Both the position numbers and the translations under genes were made by a program. This document shows, piece by piece, positions 24,266 to 37,470 of a DNA stretch of 64,000 nt. A model generated the notes under the pieces. The model saw only the letters and a program-made list of their open reading frames with translations, was not told where the DNA came from and searched no databases. The stretch lies in the NCBI GenBank assembly GCA_030390025.1, contig CM059431.1:125366001-125430000 (forward strand), given 5' to 3'. The DNA comes from Squalus acanthias. Lineage: Eukaryota. Numbering within the stretch: the first letter of the stretch is position 1; each line of letters starts with the position of its first letter.

Positions 24266-27225
24266 ATGTTTGGACCAAGGCTGTTTCGAGGCCTGGAGCC
24301 GAGTGTCCTGAGAGAACCCTAACTGAACATCGGTGAGCAGGTTATTGGTGAGTAAGTGCCACTTTATAGCACTGTCGACGACACCATGATTGAGAGTGGA
24401 CTGATGGGGCCGTAATTGGCCGGATTGGATTTCTCCATGCTTTGTGTGGAAAGGACATACCTGGGCAGTTTTCCACATTGTCGTGTAGATGCCAGTGTTG
24501 TAGCTGTATTAGAACAGCTTGGCTAGAGGCGCGGCTAGTTCTGGAGCACAAGTCTTCAGCATGACAGCCGGATGTTGTCAGGGTCCATAGCCTTTGTTGT
24601 ATCCAGTGCACTGTATCCGTTTCTTGATTTCATGGGTAGTGAATCAAATTGGCATAAGACTGAATTCTGTGATGGTGTGGACCTTAGGAGGAGGCCGACA
24701 TGAATCATCCACTCGGCACTTCTGGCTGAAGATAGTTGCGAATGTTTCAGTCTTGTCTTTTGCACTCACGTGCTGGGCTCTGCCATCATTGAGAATGGAG
24801 TTGTCCATGGAGCCTCCTCCACCCGTTAGTTGTTTAATTGTCCACCACCATTCACGACTGGATGTGGCAGGACTGCAGAACTTTGATCTGATCCATTGAT
24901 TGTGGGATTGCTTAGCTCTGTTTATAGCATGCTGTTACCACTGTTTAGCATGCATGCAGTCCTGTGCTGTATCTTCACCAGGTTGGCACTTCATTTTTAG
25001 GCACATCTGGTGCTGCTCCTGGCATGTTCTTCCACACTCCTCATTGAACTAGGGTTGGTCCCCTGGCTTTCTGGTAATGGTAGAGTGAGGGATATGCAGT
25101 GCTATGAGGTTACAGATTGTGATGGAATACAATTCTGCTACTGCTGATGGCCCACAGCTGCTCATGGATGCCCAGAATAGAGCTGCTAGATCTGTTCTGA
25201 ATCTATCCCATTTAGCACGGTGGTAGTGCCACACAACACGATGGAGGGTGTCCTCAGAGTGAAGATGGGACTTCGTCTCCACAAAGACTGTGTGGTGGTC
25301 ACTCCTACCAATACTGTCATGGACAGATGCATCTGTGACAGGTAAATTGGTGAGGACGAGGTTAAGTCGGTTTTTCCCCCGTGTTGGTTTTCCCACCGCA
25401 GGCCCAGTCTGGCAGTTATGTCCTTCAGGACTCAGCCAGCTCAGTCTGTAGTGGTGCTGTAAGGGTTTTGCGTGTCTCAGAGACGGTGCTGGTGCGAGGT
25501 TAGGCCTTCGTTGCCTAATACTATTGCTTGCTCTGGTCTCCGGCCAGCCTTTTTGCAATAAGCACCTGTGAGTGGTTCGACCCACTCGCCCTTATGGTTC
25601 TAACACTGGACTTAGGTGCAGGGCGCAGTAATGCAGAGAAAACTCACATAGATCCGGTTGAATAGTACGAAATGGAAATCTTTATTGCATAGCGTCCAAA
25701 ATCATGAAGTACATGTCATAGGCACAAATTAACGAGAGTACAAGTATACATACATTCATAAAGCTTGGTCTATGGAAATGAAGAACGCACGGCACATCGT
25801 AAAAGGGGGAACACATTATATCTTAACCTTAAAAACCACCCTCCCTTAACAATACCTACACTACGTCTAGATTTGTAGGATCGGGAAACATGCTCACCAC
25901 TCGTGTTACTTCGGAGAATTTTAAAGTGAGGCACTCAGATCGTTTCGCTGCAGCGCCTGACTGTCACGTGTTTGGAAGGGTTTTCTGCACCCCACTTGTT
26001 TACTTTCGCTGCTGCGAAAAGCAGGCCAGACTCCCTGTTGTCATGAAGAACTCGACGGACCTCGGACACAGTTCAAAGAAGAGTCTTCCTGTGCTCGACA
26101 CCGGTTGTCGGTAGACTTCAATGAAAAGTTCTTTATTTATATTTTTGGGCACGGTCGGGGTTTACTGACCGTGGCGGCACGTGGATTCTTCTCCTTTTCT
26201 TCTCGTTTCGTCTCGTCTCTTCGGGCCTCCGGGTCCAGACACCGTTTACCGACACTCGGGATGGTGCACCCTGTTACTTGCCCTTGTCGGGGCAACTCGT
26301 TCCGATTGAGCTCCACCCAACATTCGAATAACCGACCAGTACGGCTAAGAGTCGAGAGTCAACAAAGTCCAGCCCTAAAGAAGATCTTCAGCCAGCGGTC
26401 GAGCGAGTCAAGAGAATAAGAGATAAGAGCCAGCCGGGAGAATAAGAGACCGATGGACATTTGTTCTCTATAGTTATAGTGCTGTGTTCCCTTATCTCCC
26501 GCTCAAATCTTAATGTTTTTCCTTTGTGTAATATTGGCGCTCAAAACTCCCAGCATGGGACGATTCTTCTCTTTAACGGGTTTCGGTAGCACCTGAAACT
26601 GGCCAACTATCCGTTAATGTTTTCCCTATTGTTGACCCAGCCAGGATGTGTACGAATCGTCTCCCTGACTGGTTTTGGGGGCCCCCGAATACTTGCTTAA
26701 TCACCCGTCGATGTCTCTCTCATTGTAGAGCCGGGGGGGGTATTTGTGTATTGATGTGTCTGGATGGGCCTTCGATTGCCCAGTACAATGGTCCTTACTT
26801 GTGCATGGAAAATGATTCCAGCACTTATATCTTTGCTATTGTTTCAAATGCAAACGGGTTGCATCCTGTCTTTATCAATGTTTACCGAGTATGATCCAAT
26901 CTTATATTGAATGTTTATTCAACGCCATCTTGTCTGCCCACTGTATTTCTGGAAGCTTCTGCCACGATGCTCGGCGGCCATTTTACAGGCTTCTGTGTCC
27001 TTTATTATCAGGACAGCATTTCGTTTAATAAAACTGATCAAACGAATCTGCTTCTCTTATGTTATTTCGAATCGTGATAATTGCGAAACTTTACAGTGCT
27101 GCCGAGCCAGTCTTGGTGATGGACCTTGATATCCCCCTGTGGTGCTGCATTGCTGCTCTTACAACTAAAGGAGCTTCCTGCTCATCCTTCTCCTTCACCT
27201 GCCACATCTTTGAAAGTAGTTCTTC
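24266..27225 (-). mobile_element. Second copy of the CR1-group LINE, interrupted by a solo LTR
   Basis: Homologous to ~22365-23660. The sequence resumes at 27096 after the LTR. Confidence 0.85.
25458..27095 (-). mobile_element. Solo LTR, 1638 bp
   Basis: TGTAA...TTACA termini, 4-bp TSD GTGC. On the minus strand, a TATA-like box at 26469-26478 and AATAAA at 25681-25686. Confidence 0.88.
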
Positions 27226-27424
27226 GAATCATGGAATGATACAGCACCGAAGGCGGTCATTTGGCCCATTGTGCTGGTGCCGGCTCTTTGAAAGAACAAT
27301 TTAATTAGTCCTGCTCCCCTGCCCTTTCCCCGTGCCCTGAAAATTTTTCCTCTTCATTCAATAGTGACCGTGGGATATTTTACATCCACCTGAGAGGGCA
27401 GATTGGGCCTCCGTTTAATGTTTC

Positions 27425-27890
27425 CTATTCAAGTACTTCAGTTATGAGGAGAGGTTGGACAAGTTAGGACGGTTTTACTTGGAACAGAGAAGGTTAAGAG
27501 GTGACCTAATAGAGCTTTTCAAGATGATGAAAGGTTTTGAGAGAGTTCGAGAAAAACTATTCCCTCCAGCAAGTGGGTCAATAACCAGAGGTCATAGATT
27601 TAAAATCATTGGCAAAAGATCTAGCGCGCAGAGGAGGGGAAGTTTTTTTCACTCAGAGTTGTCGGGATCTGGAATGTCCTAACTGAATAGGTGGTGGAAG
27701 CTGATTCCATAATTATGCATAATTAATTTTAAAATGGAGTTGGACAAGTACTTGAGGATGAGGAGCTAACAGAGTTATGGACAAAAAGCAGTGATGTGGG
27801 ATTAAGCATGACTGCTTTTTCAAAGAGCCAGCACAGGCACGATGGGCCGAATGGCCCCCTTCTGTATTGCAAGTTTCTAAGATTCTATGA
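27425..27890 (+). mobile_element. CR1 LINE 3' fragment
   Basis: LEQRRLRGDLIELFKMMKG...TRGHRFKI and a CR1-type 3' end. Confidence 0.85.
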
Positions 27891-27998
27891 AGTATTTATT
27901 CAATTGCATTTTGCATCCATAACTTTTGAGAGACACTATCCCTTTAAGACCTAGAACAGCAACAAAGCAGTAAAGTTTTTGCAGCAGCTAAAGTTCTT

Positions 27999-29757
27999 GG
28001 GGCAGATTTTGCAGTCGGAGGCGTACCTACAGAGTACGTCGCCGGCATCCGAATAGAATACGAACTTACCTGATGGTTGTAAGGACGTGTTGAATTACCC
28101 CTCACCCCGTCCAACAGGTTATAGAGTTCGGACTTGAGACTTATGAGAAATTACACCAGACACACGGGTTCTGCCTTTAACCTTTTATTGTTCCTAAGAC
28201 AGATTCAAAACCCCAACCACTATTCAAGCAGTTCACCAATAATATTACAGGAAATCATACATACAACCACCCGCCGATGATCAGTCCAGCGTTGATTGTA
28301 GGTCCTCGTCAGCGAGATGACTGGCCAAACCACCTTCTTCCGGCTGCAATGCCGATATTCTTTAGCCACTGTGTTTTATACAGTTTTCCTTGCCTTTTGC
28401 AGTAAATCAATCAGTCAGAGACAGTGAAATGTTCCTTTAATGTTTGACATGAGTTGTTTGAGCTGTTAAACATTCACACTCACACAACTTGTGTTGCTAT
28501 CCATTAGTTGCCTTTATCAAAGCCCAAAATTGTTCATTCACTCCTAAAGTTTACAAAAGTGGCAGAAAACCACTTGGTTACAGTTCATGAGTTATGTCGT
28601 ATTCTGCATTTTAAACTTCAAAGGTTTGACTCCTCTACTTTAGCCACCAAAACAATCATTAGAGACACGATATCTGCAAATCTAAGGGGGTTTGTTTATC
28701 TCTGTTGTCTATGACTACCCCTGCAGTCACAACCATGTTTGCTGCCTTTTAATAAAGCACATCAAAGCACATTCCATGTCCACTTATCAGTGAAAGACCA
28801 TCTATTACAACTTTATTTCACTTGGAAAAACCTTTTGGCCTGGCAAAGCATTTTAATATATATGAGAATTAAAATTAAGAATTAAGGATCTGTGTATGCC
28901 AACATGGGGACCCTCCTTCACAAACTTGCTGTTTGACACTGCGTACTCGAGGGCAGTGTAATGGCCCACGGATCGCAGGGGCGCAGCGTGTGCGGAAGCA
29001 TTCCAGGGATCATGTGAGCCTGGCGCTCCAATCGCCAAGTTCCTCTTGACAGGTATGTGGAAATCAACATCAGGCTCATAGGAGAAAGGGGTGGTGTAGA
29101 CTGACACCAGTCCCGCTGAATCCACTGACAGAACGGGCACGGTCAATGACAACAGCACCGTACAGTGACTTTAAAAGCTTTAATGTCAGGAAATAAGATA
29201 TAAATATATAGTTAGGCTTAACATTTCGTTTTTTATTTGGGATTTAGTATCAGTTGAATTCAGATTGCCTCACAAAAAGAAACTGGTGAAATGACAGCAC
29301 CAAGCTTCAACATCAGGATTTCAATAAAATGTGTAGACAAAGCAAATGAACAAAAAAAGCTCTTCGGAATTGTACGAAGCTCACAACTAAATTATTCAAA
29401 TGGGGCTTAGGTGCTTCCATCTGTTGTAATGTTCCAATTTCACTTTTATGTGAGCTAAATAAGCTAAACACATGTCGAACGATGCTTTGGATCCTGCGCC
29501 TGTTTGCATCAGCCGTAAAATGTTTGTACGTAATTGCTGGGCAGTTGGTGGGCAATTAGCTCAACTCTGCACCAGCAATTGGGTATTTCCAAGGCGGAGC
29601 AAATGATCTGTCAAGTCATAACTTGGCAGAACGCAAGTTCAGGATGTAGTGCATGCTCAAGCACATGTGGAAATCCCAAACTTGCGGTCCATTTCAAAGG
29701 CAGTATGATGGCGTACTCTGAGAGTACGCCATCATACCCACCGCAAATTCTGGCCCC
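27999..29757. mobile_element. Harbinger-type MITE containing an LTR-like insertion
   Basis: Termini ggggcagattttgc / gcaaattctggcccc. Related to ~33905-34858. Confidence 0.65.
28088..28922 (-). mobile_element. Probable solo LTR of a second family (~0.82 kb)
   Basis: Interrupts a MITE and has TG...CA ends. Minus-strand TATAAAA at ~28374-28380 and AATAAA at ~28184-28189. No clean TSD, and the right end could be 28904. Confidence 0.45.
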
Positions 29758-29787
29758 TTGTGCCTCAGAATTCTTGCTGACTCAGAC

Positions 29788-29956
29788 CTTGCTGTGCTCA
29801 AGAAGCTCTTTTATGTGGGAAATTAGCACACGACCTGTAACCAGTGCTGGGACAGGAATTCATGTCACAGGTCATTCTGACATCATAATTGCCACAAAAC
29901 TGATTACTATCAGTGCTGGCACCTCCTTCATGACAGCTCTGCCAGGGCCTTCTCAG
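29788..29956 (-). pseudogene. Dynein relic exon, AAA5 small domain/lid
   Basis: Strong acceptor ttttaactttctgtccttag|. AVMKEVPALIVISFVAI...LISHIKELLEHSK resembles E.YRPVA.R.SILFFVI...FINLF..SIENS.K. Its phase-0 end matches the phase-0 start of the exon at 16866. Confidence 0.45.
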
Positions 29957-30225
29957 CTAAGGACAGAAAGTTAAAAGATAGTTCAGTGTGGGCAGAGTCC
30001 TGGCATTACAGGTCTCTGCCCATATTTCTGATTAGCAGTGCTTCCCATTCAGGCATTCTTGGGTGCTGTACCCAGGAAAATTAGCCCTAATAACTGAATA
30101 TGTTGACAATTAACCCTTGTGCAACACACATGTTTTGTCTCATTTTTCACTTTCTTCTTCTCTTCTTTTCTTCTATGCAATTTCTATCAAGGTAGATCCA
30201 GTCTCTGTTATGATTTCTCACTCAC

Positions 30226-30526
30226 TTTATAAAACCATTGCAGTATTTCTCCTCAGAACCCCTCTAAGTTGCCTGCCAAGTTCAAACTTAGATTAAGTAA
30301 TTCACAGCATCCATAAAATCAGACAAATTCAATATGCTTCATTTTGGAAATGTTTTAAAATGTCTTTCCTCATAGCAAAATACATTTTGCTTTAATCCGC
30401 CAGCCTTTGAACTTAATTCATCTTCTGTAATACATTCCAGCTTTTTCAATGTATCCACAGGACATCTTGTTATAAAAGGCTCAAGACATATCATCAAACA
30501 TTAGAGTTTTTGTTCTGAACCAGAGA
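30226..30526 (-). pseudogene. Dynein relic exon, AAA5/buttress
   Basis: Acceptor tactttcag| and donor AAA|GTGAGT. No frame stays open. MRKDILKHFQNEA..ILN resembles EDKILELL..SEGNIL. Confidence 0.45.
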
Positions 30527-30739
30527 CTGAAAGTACATAAGAATTCAACCATATGTTAACGACCTCTCCACACTTGTGTCAGTTCACGTGAAAGAACAAT
30601 TGAACATTCTAGCATGGGTGGGGGGAAGGAGTTATAGATTTTTCCCCCTCTTGAACACTAAAGGGGATGGTATCAATCATTTCTGACTTTTTATTTTTTG
30701 TCTCAGAAGATCAAATAGAACACAATGTGGCACTTTTAG

Positions 30740-30929
30740 AACCTTATCAGAATTTTGATAAAGTCTGTCTCAGTACAAAGCCAAGCAAGCACAAGAATGG
30801 GATCATTTTTTTTACAAAGCTTGACAGTAGTACATAGCGAGAATTCGGGCACACACCTTAATTCTAATGAATAGAAAATCTGTGAATTCTCTGAGTGTTC
30901 CCAGCACATAAAGCCCTGTGGTGGATGCA
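30740..30929 (-). pseudogene. Dynein relic exon, AAA5
   Basis: Acceptor ttttcatcttcag|. QIFYSLELRCVPEFSLCTTVKL resembles IKLGD.EIEYNPNFRLYITTKL. Donor position uncertain. Confidence 0.55.
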
Positions 30930-31144
30930 CTGAAGATGAAAATTTACCCTTATATGTCTTTTAGCTTTCTTCTCACGAACAACATCATTACTGAAGTCTC
31001 ATCACATTGCTCCCCACTCATGCCAAAATCTAGTGGAATGACAGAACTTTTATTAATATAGCACCTTACCACATCCTTAAGACATCCTAAAGGGCTTCAT
31101 AACCAACCAATTATCTTTTGAAGTGTAGTCACTGTTGTTATAGT

Positions 31145-31937
31145 GTGGCCGTAGGAGTGTGTCTGTGTGTGTGTGTGCTAAGCCGATGTAGCAGAGCCTG
31201 GTCTCCAATCGTCTTGGATTCCCTTGCCATTGGACCAAGACCTTGCTCTGTCAAGCCCGTGTGGTAGCTGGTGTGCAACAGCCACCCCACGTTAAAAGAA
31301 TTCACGCACAGGCATCTTCCACCCTTTAAAATGAAGTTCGGGACCTGGAACGTCAGGACCCTCATGGACAACCCCAAAAGCGACAGACCGGAACGCTGTA
31401 CTGCTATCGTTGCCCGGGAGCTCAGACGTTTCAACATAGACATCGCCTGCCCTAAGCGAAACCCGGTGGGCAGGGGAAGGCCAGCTCAAGGAGCAAGGTG
31501 GTGGTTACACCTTCTTCTGGAGAGGCAAACCTGAAGAAGAACGCCACCTCCATGGGGTAGGCTTCGCCGTAAAAAATGAGCTAGTTGAACGTCTCAGAGA
31601 CTCCCCTTGTGGAATAAACAAACGCCTCATGACTCTACGGCTCAGCCTAGCCCAGAACCAGTGCGCTACGGTCATCAGTGCGTACGCCCCAACACTGGAA
31701 GCCACAGACGAGACCAAAGAGGAATTGTACTCCAACCTCGAACAATCCCTGTCCCGAGTCCCAACGGGAGACAAGCTGATCCTCCTTGGCGACTTTAACG
31801 GCAGAGTTGGAAAGGACACAGACCTCTGGGGAGTTGTGATCAGCAGAGAGACAAGTACAAGGCTTCATGGCAACACCCTCGCTCCAAGCACTGGCATCTG
31901 CTGGACTACGTCATCGTCTGAGCGAGAGACCGCAAGC
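31145..31937 (+). mobile_element. RTE LINE 5' portion (APE endonuclease), internally deleted
   Basis: MKFGTWNVRTL, ISAYAPT, LILLGDFN and WHLLDYV, with a frameshift. Near-identical to 63512-64000. Confidence 0.9.
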
Positions 31938-33098
31938 AGTTAACAAGCAGTTAAGTGGCTATAATCCTCTTCCCGCCGCTAGGAGTCAGATCCCTGCGCA
32001 AATTGGGGACCTGACTCCCGGGAAGATTGATTGGAGGTGGGTTGGAAGCGGGTTCGGGACCCGCCGCCAATCTTTTTGATTTTGCCAACAGTCCCGCCTC
32101 CAAACCCAACCCCTCAGCGCCGGCAAAATCGCCCCCAAAGGGTGCAATTTTCATCTCCCTACAGCCAAAACCGGATCAAGAATTCTTGGAACCCTGGGTG
32201 ATAAAACATTTCAGGCCCTTCCACACGCCTCCAAGAATCCCCCCACCCCGATCTATTAAAACACAAATATGTAGTAAAATGCATGAATAAATAGGCCTGT
32301 AGAATGTTTACATGCTGCATTAATAATAATGGCAATCATATCAGAATTTACTGCCCTTCAAGTAAACTGCCCCCTGGCAGCGGCCCCATATTTGGCTATG
32401 GCCCCGGACATGGGGCTTGTAGGTTCATGTGTTAATCCACCCTTGCCTATTGCTTCGGTTGCTGTAGCAGAACCAAAATAACATGTTTCGTTCTGATTTT
32501 CGTGAGAACTTCGATACTGGTAGCCGGAGTTCCTGCCGGAAACAAATGTAAGCCTCATGAATAAATGTTAATCAGGGTCAGCTGACATAGTTACAACCAC
32601 CGACGCCATTTTCTGCCCGCCAGTTCCTGCTCCCATCCACCAAACGTGGGTGGTTTACGTCGAGAGCCAGCCATTTTGACCGTATATTAAAGAGATCATT
32701 AGCTGCCATCAAGGAAAGCTGGAAGCAGGTTTGCACTCATTTTTATTGCAGTCGCTTATGGATTTTCAATCTTGAAGGCTTCCATATTTAATCCGCTTCC
32801 TGCTGTATGTGGCGCAAACATGTTGCCTACTGCTATAAACTGGTGCTTCATTTCACTTCCAATCATTTCAAATCCTCCCCTGCAAGATGTTACTGCAGGC
32901 CCTTTAAACTCGGCAGTCCTGCTGGATTTCCCGTTCCCAGATCAGCGAGCTATGTACAAAGGACATGATTTACATTGGCAGCTCACTGAACTAATATAAA
33001 TAAGGCCTAACCGTGAAAATGGCTCAGGGCCCATGCCGACTCCTTTGGGCAAGCACTGTGCATCCCCCGAATACACTGGAATTGGAAAGCACCCTCAC

Positions 33099-33617
33099 GT
33101 TTGTTCTTTTATTTGAACCCTAAAGATCACTGTCACCAATACAGGGGTAATTTTGACTTTGGGCGAAAGTGTAAAATGGGCGATATCGATTCAGCCGCTT
33201 GTTATACATGTCTCCCGATTTTCGTTTCCATTGACTTCAATAGAAATTAAATTGGGAGAGATGCATAACGAGCGGCTAAATCAATAGTGCCCGGTTTACA
33301 CTGTCGCCCAAAGTCAAAATTACCCCCAATTTATGAAGGGTTGCTTAATGTGTTCAAAAGACATTTATTTATATGCTATTTTAATAGAAGCTTTTCAACT
33401 ATTTGGAGCTTGTCATATGAATATGTAAAGCATTGATGCATTAATATTGCTGACAGTGATTTCAAGCCTTGTGTTTTTTCTTCCAATATGCAGTTTTATG
33501 ATGTGATTGACAGATTGGGAGGTGGGCAAAAAACTAATAAAAATAAGTTAATTTCAACAATATTTCATCTTGATAATTTTGAACACAAATTGTATTTAGA
33601 TCAAAATTTAGAAGGAC
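33099..33617 (-). pseudogene. Dynein relic exon, start of AAA5, interrupted by a hairpin MITE
   Basis: Acceptor aatttgcag| and donor |gtgagg. NTICVQN...PTSQSVNHII resembles DSFSIEN...DPQGQANKWI. Contains stops. Confidence 0.45.
33144..33326. mobile_element. Palindromic hairpin MITE inside a dynein relic exon
   Basis: Perfect arms ggggtaattttgactttgggcga / tcgcccaaagtcaaaattacccc around a centre ccattgacttcaatag. Confidence 0.85.
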
Positions 33618-33904
33618 CTGCAAATTTTAGTGAGCAATATTGATTTTAACAAACAGGTTACATTTTCTGATTGAGTGTTAGTGAGATGGTGTATAATAAT
33701 CACCCACCAACTATTAGTGTGCTGACCCTGCCTGATTTTGTAGAGTCAGATAAATTTACATAGTTTGGGTCTGGAACTGGGAGCTCCCCAGGAGTAGAAA
33801 ATCATGTGTAAGCAGCTCTTAAAGGGAAATTTAAAGGAATGTGACAAATTAAAGGTAAATGGGGATTATTACCTGGGGATACAAAAGTTGGTAGAAATTA
33901 CAGT

Positions 33905-34858
33905 GGTTGCTATTGGTCGGATTTTGCGGTGGGTATGATGGCGTGCTCTGAGAGTACACTCTTATACCGCTTTTGAAATATATCCCGAACATGCGATCTG
34001 TCAAGGTACGCCTTGACGGATGATCCGCACCGCCTTGGAAATCCCAATTGCTGGTGCAGAGTTGGGCTATTTGCCCACCAACTGCCCAGCAATTATATCA
34101 GAAAATGTTACAGTTAGTGAAAGCAGGCGCTGGAGGCTGTTTCACATCTTGAAAAGATCTATATCTGTATATTGTGTACGTTTTAGTGGAGGAAACTTTT
34201 TTGTCGGTCGAGTTTTATTTTAATTACTTGGTAAGTTAAATAAGAAAGTTAAATAAAGTGAATATCTATCAGATTTCTATCCTTTCAACTCAAAAATGAA
34301 CATAACAAACAATATAATGCATCTATAACAAGGAAAATAGTCTAAATAAGGTCTGAATAATATATTTTAATCCTGAAAATTAACATTAAATATATGGCTG
34401 GGAATCTCTTTCTAAAGTTCAACAACATTACTTGTAGGAGATATAAAACATTGTTAGACCTTTACTGAGTATCAAAACATGACAGTGTATATATAGGGAC
34501 CAATACATTGTGAGTTTGGATGAAAAAAATAAAACAGAATGCTGCTTTATAGAATAAGTCCAAGTACCAGTTTAATTAAAAGTTTTTTTAAATGTTTTTA
34601 AAATGTAACTTCAATAGAAGAGACTGAAAGAAGTTTCTGTGGGCGTGGCTTAGTTTTGACAGCTTTTGTGGGCGTGTCTTCCCTTACACATAGGCTGTAC
34701 GCTGCTCTCCTGGCCTTCCTGATGTCATACGCTGTGTACAACTCTGCAGTGCCGAAGAGCAAGTCTCCGTTCTGGGTTTCGCACAAGGTAAGTTCCTATT
34801 CTTTTCATAGGTCGACGGCATACTCTGCAGCTACACTGCCGACCGCAATTTTTGGGCC
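33905..34858. mobile_element. Harbinger-type MITE
   Basis: Ends are homologous (inverted) to those of 27999-29757. AT-rich interior. Confidence 0.65.
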
Positions 34859-35271
34859 AATATTTTTAATGTAAATTTCAGTCTTTGCAAAGGTTTTGTT
34901 TGGCTAACAAAATTGCCTGATAAAACCCAGTGATTGGCACTGACATATAGGGCTCGATTTTGCCATTGGTGGCAGGTTGGGTGCAGGTCAGGTGGTCGGC
35001 GGGTCCCACTCCTGCCTCCGCTGTCAGGTGGGATAAATTTGTGATTTTGCCCTAATTGGGCAATTGATTCCCTGCGTGTGCGCTCCCCTGATCCAATTAG
35101 TCTTTTGGGTCCGAAACTCACCTCTGCTGACATCATTTATCCAGCTGCATTTAAGGGCTCCAAGCAGCCTTGGTTCATTTTCTCCCTCTGTACTTCCAGA
35201 GTGACTACTGTCCTAAGTGTTTGCTTCTCCTGAAATGTCTAGCTCAAGGCCCAAGGCCTCACCTCGCTTCG

Positions 35272-37207
35272 ATGATGACTCTGGTGGAGGGAGCCAGACT
35301 TCAAAAGGAGGTGCTCTTTCCTTCCTCTGAGAGGAAAAAACCTCCCCAGCAGACCAAAGCTGTGTGGCTGCAACTGGCACAGGAGGTAAGCTCCAGATTG
35401 ATGTGCAGCAGAACCTGGCTGCAGTGCCGAAAGAGGTTCAATGACCTTGTCCACACAGGAAAAGTGAGTATACCATCACCTTTACTCTCATTCTGCTCCC
35501 CATCTCCTCACAGCACCAGCACTCTGCATTGTCAACCTACTCCTACACATCCCACTTTACCCTTACATCCCTTGCACCTTTAACCATCCCTCTCTCTCGC
35601 TGTACACAATCACTTCACTAATCGAATATGCTGCCCTCATACTCCCTATCACTGTTATGCAATGAAAACTAACAACACACAGGGAGGGTCCTTGATATTG
35701 GGAACTGACTCCATCTTTGTCTCCTTCTAAGCATCTATGCTATGGATTCTCTATACTCACTCCATCATTCTCACTCAAACTTCACTTGTGTCCCTCATTG
35801 CAGGAAAAGATAGCCCACAATAAGAGGGAAAGGGCGTAGACAGGAGGAGGGCCACCCTCAATAGCCCATCTCACCAGCGCTGAGAAGGCAGCTCTAAAGA
35901 TCGTTGGAGTCAAGGAGGATCTGGAAGTGGGGGACGGACAGACGGGTGCATCAGAGCAAGCTGGTGACAGAATAGTTTTGCATCTCTCTCATTTACATTG
36001 CATGAGTGACTGGTATGGCTTCTGATGCTCATACAGATTGAGTTATGATCATCTGCACAAGTCCATGTGCATGCTACGTTAATATCACATGTCTAACTCA
36101 TGCCTTTACTCCCCCACAGGACCATCGAGAGCCCCCCTCCCCACTGTCCAGGAGGAAGAAGCGGAGCCAGAAGACTCCTCAGAGGAAGCTGCAATCTCTG
36201 AGGGCGCAGCTTCAGCAGAATTCAGTGCACCCAGCACCAGCGCAGACACTCACACCTCGGTGGGACCTTCGGGAGATAGAGTAGTGTTGTCACCTGGTGT
36301 ATCACAGCTCACAAGTGAGCATCAGCAGATGGTGGAGACAGGGACAGCAGTGGAGAGTCATCATCGGAGGCCGCAGGGCGCTCCCAGCTCTGCTCAGCTG
36401 CACGTGGACCCTGTGCCTCTGGGGCCATTCAGAAAGAGAGCAGTGCTGGAACTCCAGGAACAAGTGCAGGAGTCTCTGGCAGGTTTTGTCGCCAGGGTTA
36501 CTGCGAGTGTGGAAAGGATGGAGGAGTCCAACTCTAACATGAGCAGTGCCTTTGTGGAGGCAATGGCACATGAACGCACCACCACGGAAAGGATGGCTAC
36601 CTCCGTGGTAAGGATGGCTACCTCTCTGGAAAAGTTGGCTACAGTAGAGGAGAGGTTGGCTACGGCCATGGAGGAAATAAGTCGCCAGAGTCAGGAAAAC
36701 ATGGTGAATGTTCAGAATAGACTGACATCTCTGGAAGAGCGATGGGCAGCTATTGAGCAGAGAAACCAAAGCTTCATGGAAGTCCTTTTGAATAGGACTG
36801 CCAGTGCAGATATGGGTCCTCATGGCCTCCCTGATGTGCAGCAAGGTGCTGTCAAACCACATGCTAGCACTGAAGTGGGTCTGACCCATGAGAGGGATGT
36901 TGGTGGCAGGCAACAAGGGAGTGGGGGCTCCTCTCCAAGCGCTCACACCCCCATGCCACTGAGTAGCCCTCGGTCAGAGCCCCACCAAAGTCCTCACCCA
37001 ACTGAGATGGACGTCTCAGCCCCTGCACAGACGCAGGAGGAGCAGACTGATGCTGAGCCCTCCCAGGCTCGCAAACCCAGAGGATGCCCGGCAATGGTGT
37101 CAAAGCAGGAGCAGCATGAAAGTGAGCAAGGTGCCTCCACATCTGCTGAAGCCACAGGGGAGGCACCATGTAGAAGCACGTGTAAGAGGAAGATAAAGCA
37201 CAATTAG
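35272..37207 (+). pseudogene. Harbinger Myb/SANT-like DNA-binding gene, 3 exons (..35463; 35804-35963; 36120-37207)
   Basis: VLFP...W..LAQEV...RTWLQCRKRFNDL|gtgagt, then cag|EKIAHNKRERA*TGGGPP with one TAG, then ccccacag|. Long acidic/coiled-coil last exon ending in a basic tail. Start uncertain. Confidence 0.85.
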
Positions 37208-37470
37208 TCTCAAGGGTAGTCACTTGGGTGTTCTGTTCTGTTGTGTATAATTTTTGACTGTCATCTTTTTGTGAATGGATTAAACAGAAGTGATGGCAAA
37301 CAGTTGAAGTTCTGGCCTATGTGATCTTGGAATTAGAAGTTCCACATTGAGGGCTCAGGGCGACTTGCATTTGTAGTGATGGTGGTCAGAGTGATAGGAA
37401 CCCACAGGTTCTTGTACATTGCGTATGGTGTGTTAAGAAGGTGCCAGCCACATTTGTTTCATTCATCTAC

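Noticed and set aside
36089..37207. 372-aa ORF as a novel host gene
   Set aside because: It is the last exon of the Harbinger Myb/SANT accessory gene and lies inside the TIRs.
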